The notes beneath the pieces were generated by a model. The model was not told the DNA's origin. It saw nothing but the letters and a program-made list of their open reading frames with translations, and did not search any database. A DNA stretch of 64,000 nucleotides from an uncultured Microthrixaceae bacterium. GTDB lineage: Bacteria; Actinomycetota; Acidimicrobiia; Acidimicrobiales; VFJN01. The DNA is taken from the NCBI GenBank assembly GCA_963795165.1, contig CAWCGT010000001.1:1538048-1602047 (forward strand), read 5' to 3'. How positions within the stretch are numbered: the stretch's first letter is position 1; the number at the start of each line of letters is the position of its first letter. Shown piece after piece: positions 41,747 to 48,966 of the stretch. Both the position numbers and the translations under genes were made by a program.

Positions 41747-41884
41747 ATGTCCGACAAGAAGATCACCCCGAAGGCCGCCGACAAGACCAGCGCCGCCACC
41801 GACGAGGACAAGGCCACCACCCGCATCACCAAGAAGTTCGTCAAGCGGACGGTGCAGCGCAAGCAGCTTCGCAACAAGCTGTAG
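41747..41884 (+). CDS. unannotated 45-aa lysine/arginine-rich small protein
   Basis: Below the track size cutoff. ATG 41747 preceded by AAGGAG (41735-41740, 6-nt spacer). MSDKKITPKAADKTSAATDEDKATTRITKKFVKRTVQRKQLRNKL*, stop TAG 41882-41884. GC3-rich codons. A strong hairpin follows. Confidence 0.45.
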   Translation: MSDKKITPKAADKTSAATDEDKATTRITKKFVKRTVQRKQLRNKL

Positions 41885-41917
41885 TCGAGCGTTCGGGCCT
41901 CCGGGTCCGACGCACGC

Positions 41918-41954
41918 CGCCGACAGGGCACGGCTCGGCCGTGCCCTGTCGGCG
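41918..41954 (+). terminator. perfect 17-bp stem / 3-nt loop hairpin
   Basis: CGCCGACAGGGCACGGC-TCG-GCCGTGCCCTGTCGGCG, 34 nt after the small-ORF stop and 15 nt before the Crp/Fnr start. No U-tract, as is common in high-GC actinobacteria. Confidence 0.5.
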
Positions 41955-41969
41955 CGACCGGAGCCCACG

Positions 41970-42692
41970 ATGGCGGTGACCTCCGGTTCCGCCAGCATCG
42001 GCGCCCGCGACCTTGCCGTCGCGCTGGCGGAGGTGCCGATGCTGGCGGGGGTGCCGGCCGACGCCCTGAAGCGGCTGGCCGCCGTCGGGCACGTCAAGCA
42101 GTACCGGCGCAGCAGCTACCTCTTCCACCAAGGCGACGAGGCCCCCGACGTTGTCGTCCTCTGCGAGGGCCGGGTGGAGATCTCCTCCACCTCCCCCAGC
42201 GGCGACCGGCAGCTGCACACCGTCCTGTCGCCACCCCAGCTCTTCGGTGAGCTCGGCGTCCTCGCCGAGCAACCCCGAGGGTCCGGTGCCTTCGCTGTCA
42301 CCGACTGCCTGGTCCTGTCGATCCCTGCCGACGCCTTCCTCGCCTTCCTCGACGACACCCCGCCGGCGGCCCGGGCGGTGCTGCGAGCCCTCGCCCAGCA
42401 GGTGCAGGCCTTCGGTGGGCTGATCGACGACCTCCTCTTCCTCGATCTCCGTGGCCGCGTGGCCAAGCGCCTTCTGGGGCTGGTGACCCCCGCCTTCGCC
42501 GACCTCCCCCCGGACGGCACCAAGGTGCCCACCGTCACCCAGACCGACCTGGCCAGCCTGGCCGGCGGCTCCCGGGAGAACGTGAGCCGCATCCTGTCGG
42601 AGTTCGTGCGGCGGGGGCTCCTCGAGCGGGTGGGCCGAGGCCAGTTCGTCCTGGCCGACGTGGAGGCCCTCCGCCGGGCCGCCCAGCTCTGA
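41970..42692 (+). CDS. Crp/Fnr-family transcriptional regulator
   Basis: 240 aa. N-terminal cNMP-binding domain (FGELGVL...) and C-terminal HTH (SRENVSRILSEFVRRGLL). Confidence 0.85.
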   Translation: MAVTSGSASIGARDLAVALAEVPMLAGVPADALKRLAAVGHVKQYRRSSYLFHQGDEAPDVVVLCEGRVEISSTSPSGDRQLHTVLSPPQLFGELGVLAEQPRGSGAFAVTDCLVLSIPADAFLAFLDDTPPAARAVLRALAQQVQAFGGLIDDLLFLDLRGRVAKRLLGLVTPAFADLPPDGTKVPTVTQTDLASLAGGSRENVSRILSEFVRRGLLERVGRGQFVLADVEALRRAAQL

Positions 42693-42756
42693 CCCGCCGA
42701 CGCGGCCCGGAACCAGCCCGGAGGCGGCAGCACGGCCGCTGCCGTAGGTTCGCAGC

Positions 42757-43515
42757 GTGAGCTTCTCGGTGGCGGCGGAGTCCTACGACCGGTTCATGGG
42801 GCGGTACTCGGTGCCCCTCGGTCCCCGGTTCGCAGATCTGGCCGGGGTCGTCTCCGGCCAGCGGGTGGTGGACGTCGGATGCGGGCCAGGGGCGCTCACG
42901 GCCGAGCTGGTGTCCCGGGTGGGCCCTGGATCGGTGGCGGCCGTCGACCCGTCGGAGCCGTTCGTCGCCGCCGCCCGGGAGCGGCACCCCGACGTCGATG
43001 TGCGCCACGCCCGGGCCGAGGAGCTCCCCTTCGAGGACGACGCGTTCGACGTCGCTGTCGCCCAGCTCGTCGTGCACTTCATGGCTGACCCGGTGGCCGG
43101 ACTGCGCGAGATGCGGCGGGTGACGCGCCCCAATGGGGTGGTGGCAGCGTGCGTCTGGGACTACCAGGGTGGCACGAGCCCCCTCAGCCCGTTCTGGGCG
43201 GCCGCCCACCGCTTCGATGCGGCCGTGCAGGACGAGTCCAGCCTGGCTGGAGCGCGCCGAGGGCACCTCACCGAGCTGTTCGGGGCCGCCGGCCTCCACG
43301 ACGTGGAGGAGACCCTCCTGTCGTCGCAGGTGGAGCACCCCACCTTCGACGACTGGTGGGAGCCCTTCACGCTCGGCGTCGGACCCGCCGGGGCCTTCAC
43401 GGCGAGCCTCGACGAGGCTGGCCGAGCCCGGCTACGAGCGCTGTGCCAGGAAACGATGCCGTCGGCACCCTTCACGCTGACGGCGAGCGCCTGGGCCGCT
43501 CGCGGCCGCACCTGA
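42757..43515 (+). CDS. class I SAM-dependent methyltransferase
   Basis: 252 aa. Motif I VVDVGCGPG. Typical Methyltransf_11 sequence. Confidence 0.85.
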   Translation: MSFSVAAESYDRFMGRYSVPLGPRFADLAGVVSGQRVVDVGCGPGALTAELVSRVGPGSVAAVDPSEPFVAAARERHPDVDVRHARAEELPFEDDAFDVAVAQLVVHFMADPVAGLREMRRVTRPNGVVAACVWDYQGGTSPLSPFWAAAHRFDAAVQDESSLAGARRGHLTELFGAAGLHDVEETLLSSQVEHPTFDDWWEPFTLGVGPAGAFTASLDEAGRARLRALCQETMPSAPFTLTASAWAARGRT

Positions 43516-43560
43516 CCCGTGAGCTCGCCGGGTCACCGGCAACGGCATCTCGCCGGTCGC

Positions 43561-43881
43561 TCAGCCGGTGGGGGCGACACCCTTCATCCACCGCGGTGAG
43601 CAGGTGCTGACCGCAGGTTCACCGGCCATCAGCGGACCGGCTTCGGCCATGTAGGCCCAGAACCAGTCGGCCTGCGAGCTGACGGCAACGGCGGCCGGAT
43701 CGTCGTACACCTCCACGAGGTGGAACCGGTCCGCGTCGCCATCGTCGGCCGCCCAGATGACCACCGGCTGGGCGTCGTTCGCCGTCGCCCGATCTGCGAG
43801 GTGCGTCCGGAACAGCTCGAGGAGCTGGTCCCGCGCACCAGGCTGCGCCTGTCCGCTGATGATCATCATCACGTGCCCCAT
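43561..43881 (-). CDS. antibiotic-biosynthesis-monooxygenase (ABM/Dabb) domain protein
   Basis: 106-aa ORF with an ABM-like pattern (MIISGQAQPGARDQLLELFRTHL...FHLVEVYDDPAAV). Confidence 0.55.
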   Translation of the reverse strand: MGHVMMIISGQAQPGARDQLLELFRTHLADRATANDAQPVVIWAADDGDADRFHLVEVYDDPAAVAVSSQADWFWAYMAEAGPLMAGEPAVSTCSPRWMKGVAPTG

Positions 43882-43919
43882 CGATCGGCCGCTCCTTCTC
43901 GTCGGTAGAGCGATGATCT

Positions 43920-45227
43920 GTGGGGGACGGTTGGGGTGTGCCCCACATCACTGCCCCGGCGTTTGTGGGCGGCCACAATTGGCCCGTGGACGACCCGTGG
44001 CGCTACCTGGGTGCCGCGCTCTCTGCCCGGCGGGCGGCGTTGCACAACGATCTCCGAGACGCAGTCGAGTCTGAGGTGGCCGACTTCCGCTTCACCGACC
44101 CGGCCGCGGAGGAGCGGGCCTTCCAGCTGCGGGAGGCGATCATCGACGCGGAGATCGCCACCCTCTCCTCCGGCGACGTACCGCCGCTGCGGTTCATGGT
44201 GGACCTCGGCCGAGCGGTGGGCCACACGCGCCTCCCGCTCGAGCACCACTTCACGGCGCACCGGGCGGCGTACCCCCTGCTCCTCGACGCGGCGCTGGAA
44301 GCCGCCCGTGCGTGGCCTCCCGACGACGTCGCCGAGCTGGTGCGGCGCCACAACCAGTACGCGACGGCCACGACCGAAGCGTTCGTCGAGGGCTACGTCG
44401 AGTCGCGTGAGGCCGACGTGGTCGACAACCCTCGTGCCGCTCGCCGCTTCCTCGACGAGATCCTCACCACCCGCGGCGGGTGGACGGCCAGCGCGACGCG
44501 GCAGGCCGCCACCCTCGGGATGACCGAGCACACGCCGTGCTGTGTCGTCGCTGGCAGCTGGGCGTCACTCGGGACGCTGCGAACCGACGCTCTCGCCCGT
44601 CGCCTCTCCGCCTGGTTGGCGATGGTTCCAGCCCCCAACCTGCTGGTCGCCGACCACCACGTCGACGGCGTGGTCCTCGGTGGCGACGGTGTGGCACGAG
44701 TGGTCGACACCCTCCGCGCCGCAGTCGACGCCCTGCGCTCCGACGGCGTGGTGGGACTGCGCGTGGGGGTCAGCTCCATCCTGGAGGCTGGTCAGGGGCT
44801 GGAGCTCGCCCGCGAGGCCCGCCTCGCCCACGATGCCACCACCGAGCACCGGCCCGTCGTCGACGCTGCCAACCTCGGCGTCCTGGAGTACCTGGTCGCC
44901 GTCGGAGGCGTCAACGCTGCGCACCTGGTCCCGGAAGGCGTCCGCAACCTCCACCGCGTGGCTGACCGCAACAGCCCGTCCGCTCGGGAGGTGCTCGCAC
45001 AGTGGCACGACCTGGACGGCGACCTCCGAGGGGTGGCCGCCCGTCTCCACTGTCACCCGAACACCATCCTCAACCGCCTCAGGACCGTGGCCGAGACGAG
45101 CGGCTTCGATCCCCGAACGCCTCGTGGGATCCTCACCCTCCTCGTGGGTCTCGCCACGCTCGACCATGCGTCCGTACCCGGCGGGCATGGCGGCGGACTG
45201 CCTCCGGTCCCACTCGGCCACGCATAG
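43920..45227 (+). CDS. PucR-family transcriptional regulator
   Basis: 435-aa ORF. C-terminal PucR-type HTH (LRGVAARLHCHPNTILNRLRTVAETSGFD). The start is uncertain (GTG 43986 is an alternative). Confidence 0.65.
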   Translation: MGDGWGVPHITAPAFVGGHNWPVDDPWRYLGAALSARRAALHNDLRDAVESEVADFRFTDPAAEERAFQLREAIIDAEIATLSSGDVPPLRFMVDLGRAVGHTRLPLEHHFTAHRAAYPLLLDAALEAARAWPPDDVAELVRRHNQYATATTEAFVEGYVESREADVVDNPRAARRFLDEILTTRGGWTASATRQAATLGMTEHTPCCVVAGSWASLGTLRTDALARRLSAWLAMVPAPNLLVADHHVDGVVLGGDGVARVVDTLRAAVDALRSDGVVGLRVGVSSILEAGQGLELAREARLAHDATTEHRPVVDAANLGVLEYLVAVGGVNAAHLVPEGVRNLHRVADRNSPSAREVLAQWHDLDGDLRGVAARLHCHPNTILNRLRTVAETSGFDPRTPRGILTLLVGLATLDHASVPGGHGGGLPPVPLGHA

Positions 45228-45249
45228 GCTCTGACGCGGCCTTGTGGTC

Positions 45250-45397
45250 ATGGCTGACCCGGTGGCGGGACTGCGCGAGATGCGGCGGGCCACTCGCCCC
45301 GGTGGGGTGGTGGCAGCGTGCGTGTGGGACCACCATGGTGGCACCAGACGCCTCAGTGCCCGGAGACGCTGCAATCCGCGCCCTTCACGCTGACGGC
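45250..45397 (+). pseudogene. degenerate partial copy of the 42757-43515 methyltransferase gene
   Basis: 45250-45362 aligns to 43081-43192 at about 90% identity (ATGGCTGACCCGGTGGC.GGACTGCGCGAGATGCGGCGGG...GTGGTGGCAGCGTGCGT.TGGGAC). 45381-45397 (CCCTTCACGCTGACGGC) is identical to 43468-43484. The N-terminal third and the middle of the gene are missing. Confidence 0.65.
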
Positions 45398-46032
45398 AAG
45401 CCGGCACGGTCGCCGGGAGGTTCTCTCCCACGGATGTTGAGGAGCGTGGTGCTCAGCGCCACGAAGGTGTCGATGAAGCGCTCGTCGGAGAGCCCGAGCG
45501 GCGGTGCGCCGAAGCTCCAGGTCGAGCGTCGCAGGTTGATGAGGCCGCCGATGAGCAGCACTGCGAGGGCTTCGTTGTCGATGCGTTGGTCGGTGATCGT
45601 GGCGGTCCATCGTTCGATGAGCGACGCCGCGACTCGGTAGCCGCGATCGGACACGCCGGTCCGCATCCGATCGCGTAGTTCGGGGAGTCGGTCTCCTTCT
45701 CGTTCGATGACGTGGGTGATGGTGCGTTCACGGTCGAGTTCCGCGAGCAGCCATCGCATGACTGCCTCGATCTCGGCTGCGGGCTCCGTGAGTGGTGAAG
45801 CGGAGAGGTCGATCTCGACCTCGGCGATCGAGGCGAGGTGTCGCTCCAATCCAGCCTCGAGCACTGCCAGCTTCGAATCGAAGTACTTGTACAGCGCTCC
45901 ACTGCGCGGCGCGAGCCCCGCACCGGCCTCGATGTCGCCGACACTCACCCCAGCGAAGCCGCGCTCGGCGACCAGTTCGAGCGTGGCATCGATGAGCCGA
46001 TCTCGCGTCTGATGCAACCCCGACTTGACCAT
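45385..46032 (-). CDS. TetR/AcrR-family transcriptional regulator
   Basis: ATG 46032 (MVKSGLHQTRDRLIDATLELVAERGFAGVSVGDIEAGAG...) within track ORF 45385..46443(-); 215 aa. GC is visibly lower than in the neighbouring genes. Confidence 0.85.
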   Translation of the reverse strand: MVKSGLHQTRDRLIDATLELVAERGFAGVSVGDIEAGAGLAPRSGALYKYFDSKLAVLEAGLERHLASIAEVEIDLSASPLTEPAAEIEAVMRWLLAELDRERTITHVIEREGDRLPELRDRMRTGVSDRGYRVAASLIERWTATITDQRIDNEALAVLLIGGLINLRRSTWSFGAPPLGLSDERFIDTFVALSTTLLNIRGREPPGDRAGLPSA

Positions 46033-46076
46033 CACTACGATTGTAGTGATACTCGCATCACTACGATCGTAGTGAT
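46031..46076. promoter_or_regulatory. two tandem 20-bp palindromic operators in the TetR / DDN divergent region
   Basis: ATCACTACGATTGTAGTGAT (46031-46050, 18/20 palindromic) and ATCACTACGATCGTAGTGAT (46057-46076, perfect palindrome), separated by 6 bp. The first overlaps the TetR start codon. Confidence 0.6.
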
Positions 46077-46093
46077 GACCGAGGGAGGTGGGG

Positions 46094-46522
46094 ATGGCCA
46101 TGAGCCGTGATGCGGCTACCGATGCGCGAAAGCGACGTCGGGTTCTGGCACTGCAACGATGGATTCTGAACCCGCCGATGAAGCTGCTCGTCTGGCTGGG
46201 TGTCGTGCCCGGCCACGTCGTCATCGAAACGCTCGGCTGCCGGACCGGCAAACGACGGCGCACTGTCGTCGGTGCGCACCGCGACGGCGACACGATCTGG
46301 GTGGTCGCCGAGCAGGGACGACGTGCCGGATGGGTTCGCAATCTCGAGGCTGAACCCGAGGTCCGAGTCCGTCGGCGCGCCCAGTGGCGTGCGGCGAGCG
46401 CGTCGATCATCGACGACGACGATGCCAGTGCACGGATGGGCACATGGCATCGACCGGGACATGCTCGACTCGTCGAGCGATTCGGGACTCAGCTCACAAC
46501 GATCCGGCTCGACGTTCGATAG
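46094..46522 (+). CDS. deazaflavin (F420)-dependent nitroreductase family protein (DDN-like)
   Basis: ATG 46094 with GGGAGG 5 nt upstream (the track starts at GTG 46088). Family pattern ...LGCRTGKRRRTVVG...VVAEQGRRAGWVRNLEAEPEVRV. Confidence 0.7.
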   Translation: MAMSRDAATDARKRRRVLALQRWILNPPMKLLVWLGVVPGHVVIETLGCRTGKRRRTVVGAHRDGDTIWVVAEQGRRAGWVRNLEAEPEVRVRRRAQWRAASASIIDDDDASARMGTWHRPGHARLVERFGTQLTTIRLDVR

Positions 46523-46599
46523 TCGCTGCGCTCAGGCCCCTTGCGCGCGACGCTCGTTCCGCCGGAACGGACCAGGCACGTGAGTCACTTGGACGAGCC

Positions 46600-46814
46600 A
46601 TGGCGTTTCACCGGACGGTACGACACCCGGCAATCGTCGCTCCGATCGAGGTGATCGACACGCGCACCAAGCGGCAGCTCGTCTATCCGTGGCTGGACGG
46701 AGTCGTGCGTAACCATGCCACTGTCGCGGGGTCAGACCGATCCGGACTGAAACGGTTCCATGGACTACCCCAGCCTGAGCTTTCGGGCCCTGCAGGTAGA
46801 GTCACCTGTCCTTT
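46600..46814 (+). pseudogene. possible N-terminal fragment of a phosphotransferase/kinase, truncated at tRNA-Arg
   Basis: MAFHRTVRHPAIVAPIEVIDTRTKRQLVYPWLDGVV...KRFHGLPQPE resembles the first ~70 aa of APH-type kinases. The ORF runs into the tRNA gene and ends at 46824 with no catalytic region. Confidence 0.3.
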
Positions 46815-46887
46815 GCCCTCGTAGCTCAGGGGATAGAGCATCGGTTTCCTAAACCGTGCGTCGCAGGTTCGAATCCTGCCGAGGGCG
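46815..46887 (+). tRNA. tRNA-Arg (anticodon CCT)
   Basis: 73-nt cloverleaf: acceptor GCCCTCG/CGAGGGC, D arm GCTC-AGGGGATA-GAGC, anticodon loop TTCCTAA, T arm GCAGG-TTCGAAT-CCTGC, discriminator G. CCA is not encoded. Confidence 0.9.
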
Positions 46888-46919
46888 CAACCCTCGCAGC
46901 CCCCCCCGGCCGATGCGAG

Positions 46920-47330
46920 TCAGGCCGATCCGAGCGGGTGCTCCTCGAAGTACTCCACGATGCTCGGCATCATCGCCTCGAACCCGCCCGGTGCTCCGAT
47001 GTTCAGAGCGCCGGCCGGTTGGTCGTGCGAGTTCTTGAAGGTGTGGGTCACCCCGCCCGGCACCAGCACAAAGGAGCCCCGCGGGGCCTCGATCCACTCC
47101 TCGTCGACCAGGAAGTCCATGGTCCCCTCGATGACGTAGAAGACGTCGTCCTCGTCGTGCGAGTGGGCGTCGGGCCCGACGGTGTGCGGGTCGAGCCACC
47201 ACTCCGACACGTTGTAGAGGTTGGCTGACTCAGCCCCATCGGCCTTGAACGTGGCGCGCATCCCGCCCATGTCGTAGGCCCGACCTCCCCCAGGAGCCAG
47301 GACCACCGCCCGCCGAGCTGCTCGGTGCAT
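46920..47330 (-). CDS. cupin-domain protein
   Basis: ATG 47330 (MHRAARRAVVLAPGGG...) within track ORF 46920..47396(-). Cupin motifs HSHDEDDVFYVIEG and VLVPGGVTHTF. Confidence 0.7.
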   Translation of the reverse strand: MHRAARRAVVLAPGGGRAYDMGGMRATFKADGAESANLYNVSEWWLDPHTVGPDAHSHDEDDVFYVIEGTMDFLVDEEWIEAPRGSFVLVPGGVTHTFKNSHDQPAGALNIGAPGGFEAMMPSIVEYFEEHPLGSA

Positions 47331-47387
47331 TCCGCCAGGGTACGCCTCACCTCGCGAGGCTGGCGATGACAGGTCGTTGGCCGGCGT

Positions 47388-47416
47388 CTGCAACACGTTG
47401 ACTGTCTATGTTGCAG
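47388..47416. promoter_or_regulatory. inverted repeat CTGCAACA-N13-TGTTGCAG at the TetR / cupin divergent region
   Basis: Perfect 8-bp arms overlapping the upstream-most start (47408) of the TetR gene. Candidate operator; function not demonstrated. Confidence 0.3.
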
Positions 47417-48034
47417 CGTGGCACAGTGGCGGGGATGAGTGAGGTGCTGGCCTGGCCACAGGCGCAGGGGGTGCTGCCGGAACCACCTGAGGAGGCGGTG
47501 GTGCCGTTCCTGGATGCCGCCTGCCGGGCCATCGGCCGCTTCGGCTGGGCCCGCACCACCATGCGCGACATCGCTCGCGAAGCCGGGGTGGAGCGCACCA
47601 CCGTCTACCGCCACGTGGGGTCCATGTCCGACGTGTACCGGCTGGTGGTGGCGCATGAGCTGCACAAGCTGGTGGCCGCCATCCCGTCGTCGATCCCCGA
47701 GGAGACGGACGGGCCCGGCCTTGTGGTGGAGATGGTGGCGGCCGCCGTGGAGCACTGCCTGGAGCACCCCGTGCTCACCAAGGTCCTCACCGACGAGCCG
47801 GAGCTGATCTCCGGCTTCCTGCTCGACGGCGTCCCGTCGATCATCGAGCGCTTGCGGGAGCTGCTCTCCCCCATGGTGGGCACCGCCATCGACGCCGGCC
47901 TGCTGGCGAGGCGCGACCCGGCCATGGTCACCGAGTGGATCGTGCGGGTGGGCCTCTCGTTGCTGGTGGCCCCGCCGCCGGGCGACCTGCGTGCCTTCCT
48001 CGACGAGATGCTCCGCCCCGCGCTCCAGCCCTGA
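47408..48034 (+). CDS. TetR/AcrR-family transcriptional regulator
   Basis: 208-aa ORF. HTH TTMRDIAREAGVERTTVYRHV. The true start may be ATG 47435 (MSEVLAW...). Confidence 0.8.
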   Translation: MLQRGTVAGMSEVLAWPQAQGVLPEPPEEAVVPFLDAACRAIGRFGWARTTMRDIAREAGVERTTVYRHVGSMSDVYRLVVAHELHKLVAAIPSSIPEETDGPGLVVEMVAAAVEHCLEHPVLTKVLTDEPELISGFLLDGVPSIIERLRELLSPMVGTAIDAGLLARRDPAMVTEWIVRVGLSLLVAPPPGDLRAFLDEMLRPALQP

Positions 48035-48048
48035 CCAGGAGGACCAAC

Positions 48049-48966
48049 ATGACGCTCGACTTGGACAAGATGCTGATCCGGATCCAGGAGCGGCAGTGGG
48101 CGCTCGCCGACTTCGACTGGGAGGCGCCGGGGGCCGAGGCCATCACCGACGAGCAGCGGCCTGACCTGGCCGCGTTCATGATCGACCTGGTGTGGATCGA
48201 GCAGGTGGGGGCCCGAGCCTTTGCCGCGCTGTCCCGCCAAGCCGACGATCCCACCCTGGCCGAGATCTATCGCTGGTTCCACGCCGAGGAGCAGCGCCAC
48301 GCCAACGCCGAGCTGGCCCTGATGCGGCGCTGGGGGATGCTCGAGGGCGACACCCCCGCTCCCAACAACAACATCCGCCTCGTCATCGAGTGGCTGGACC
48401 GCTTCGGCGACGGGCTCCCGATGGGCGTGCTCGGGTCGGTCATCCCGCTCCTGGAGGTGGCCCTCGACGGCGCCCTGCTGAAGTTCCTCCTCGACGAGGT
48501 GCACGACCCGCTGTGCCACGCGGTGTTCGAGAAGATCAACAACGACGAGTCCCGGCACCTCGCCGTGGACTTCCACGTCCTGGGCCTCCTGGGCCAGGAG
48601 GCGTCGGGCGTCGACCTGCGCAGCGTCCTGAAGACGCTGACCAACCCGGGGATCGTTGCGTCGGTCCCCATCGCCCTCCCGCTGTTCACCAAGATGCGGG
48701 AGAACATCGTGAGCATGGGCCTCGACGAGACCCGCCTGCACGCCGCCATCGAGCGCTACGGGCAGCTGGCCGCCCGCAACGGAGACGCCACCCGCAACCC
48801 GGCCTACCGGGTGCTGCGCCGCTACGGCGACCAGATCGTCGAGGACGACAGCTGGCTGGCCAGCCTGGCCGAGATCCTGGTCAGCCTCACCGACCGGATC
48901 CCCAATCGGGCCTTCGGCCCCGTCCCCAGCTGGATCGACAGCCTCACCTACGAGCCGGTGGCGTGA
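48049..48966 (+). CDS. ferritin-like di-iron carboxylate protein (oxygenase/desaturase-like)
   Basis: ATG 48049 with AGGAGG 6 nt upstream; 305 aa. Two ExxH motifs (AEEQRH, NDESRH), each preceded by a helix carrying Glu (WIEQVG, LLEVAL). This is the E...ExxH...E...ExxH ligand set. Confidence 0.7.
   Translation: MTLDLDKMLIRIQERQWALADFDWEAPGAEAITDEQRPDLAAFMIDLVWIEQVGARAFAALSRQADDPTLAEIYRWFHAEEQRHANAELALMRRWGMLEGDTPAPNNNIRLVIEWLDRFGDGLPMGVLGSVIPLLEVALDGALLKFLLDEVHDPLCHAVFEKINNDESRHLAVDFHVLGLLGQEASGVDLRSVLKTLTNPGIVASVPIALPLFTKMRENIVSMGLDETRLHAAIERYGQLAARNGDATRNPAYRVLRRYGDQIVEDDSWLASLAEILVSLTDRIPNRAFGPVPSWIDSLTYEPVA

Noticed and set aside
46815-46887. Integrated prophage or ICE at tRNA-Arg
   Set aside because: There is no integrase, excisionase or phage/conjugation gene, and no duplicated tRNA end within the window. 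Only a small lower-GC islet with fragments is seen, reported as such.
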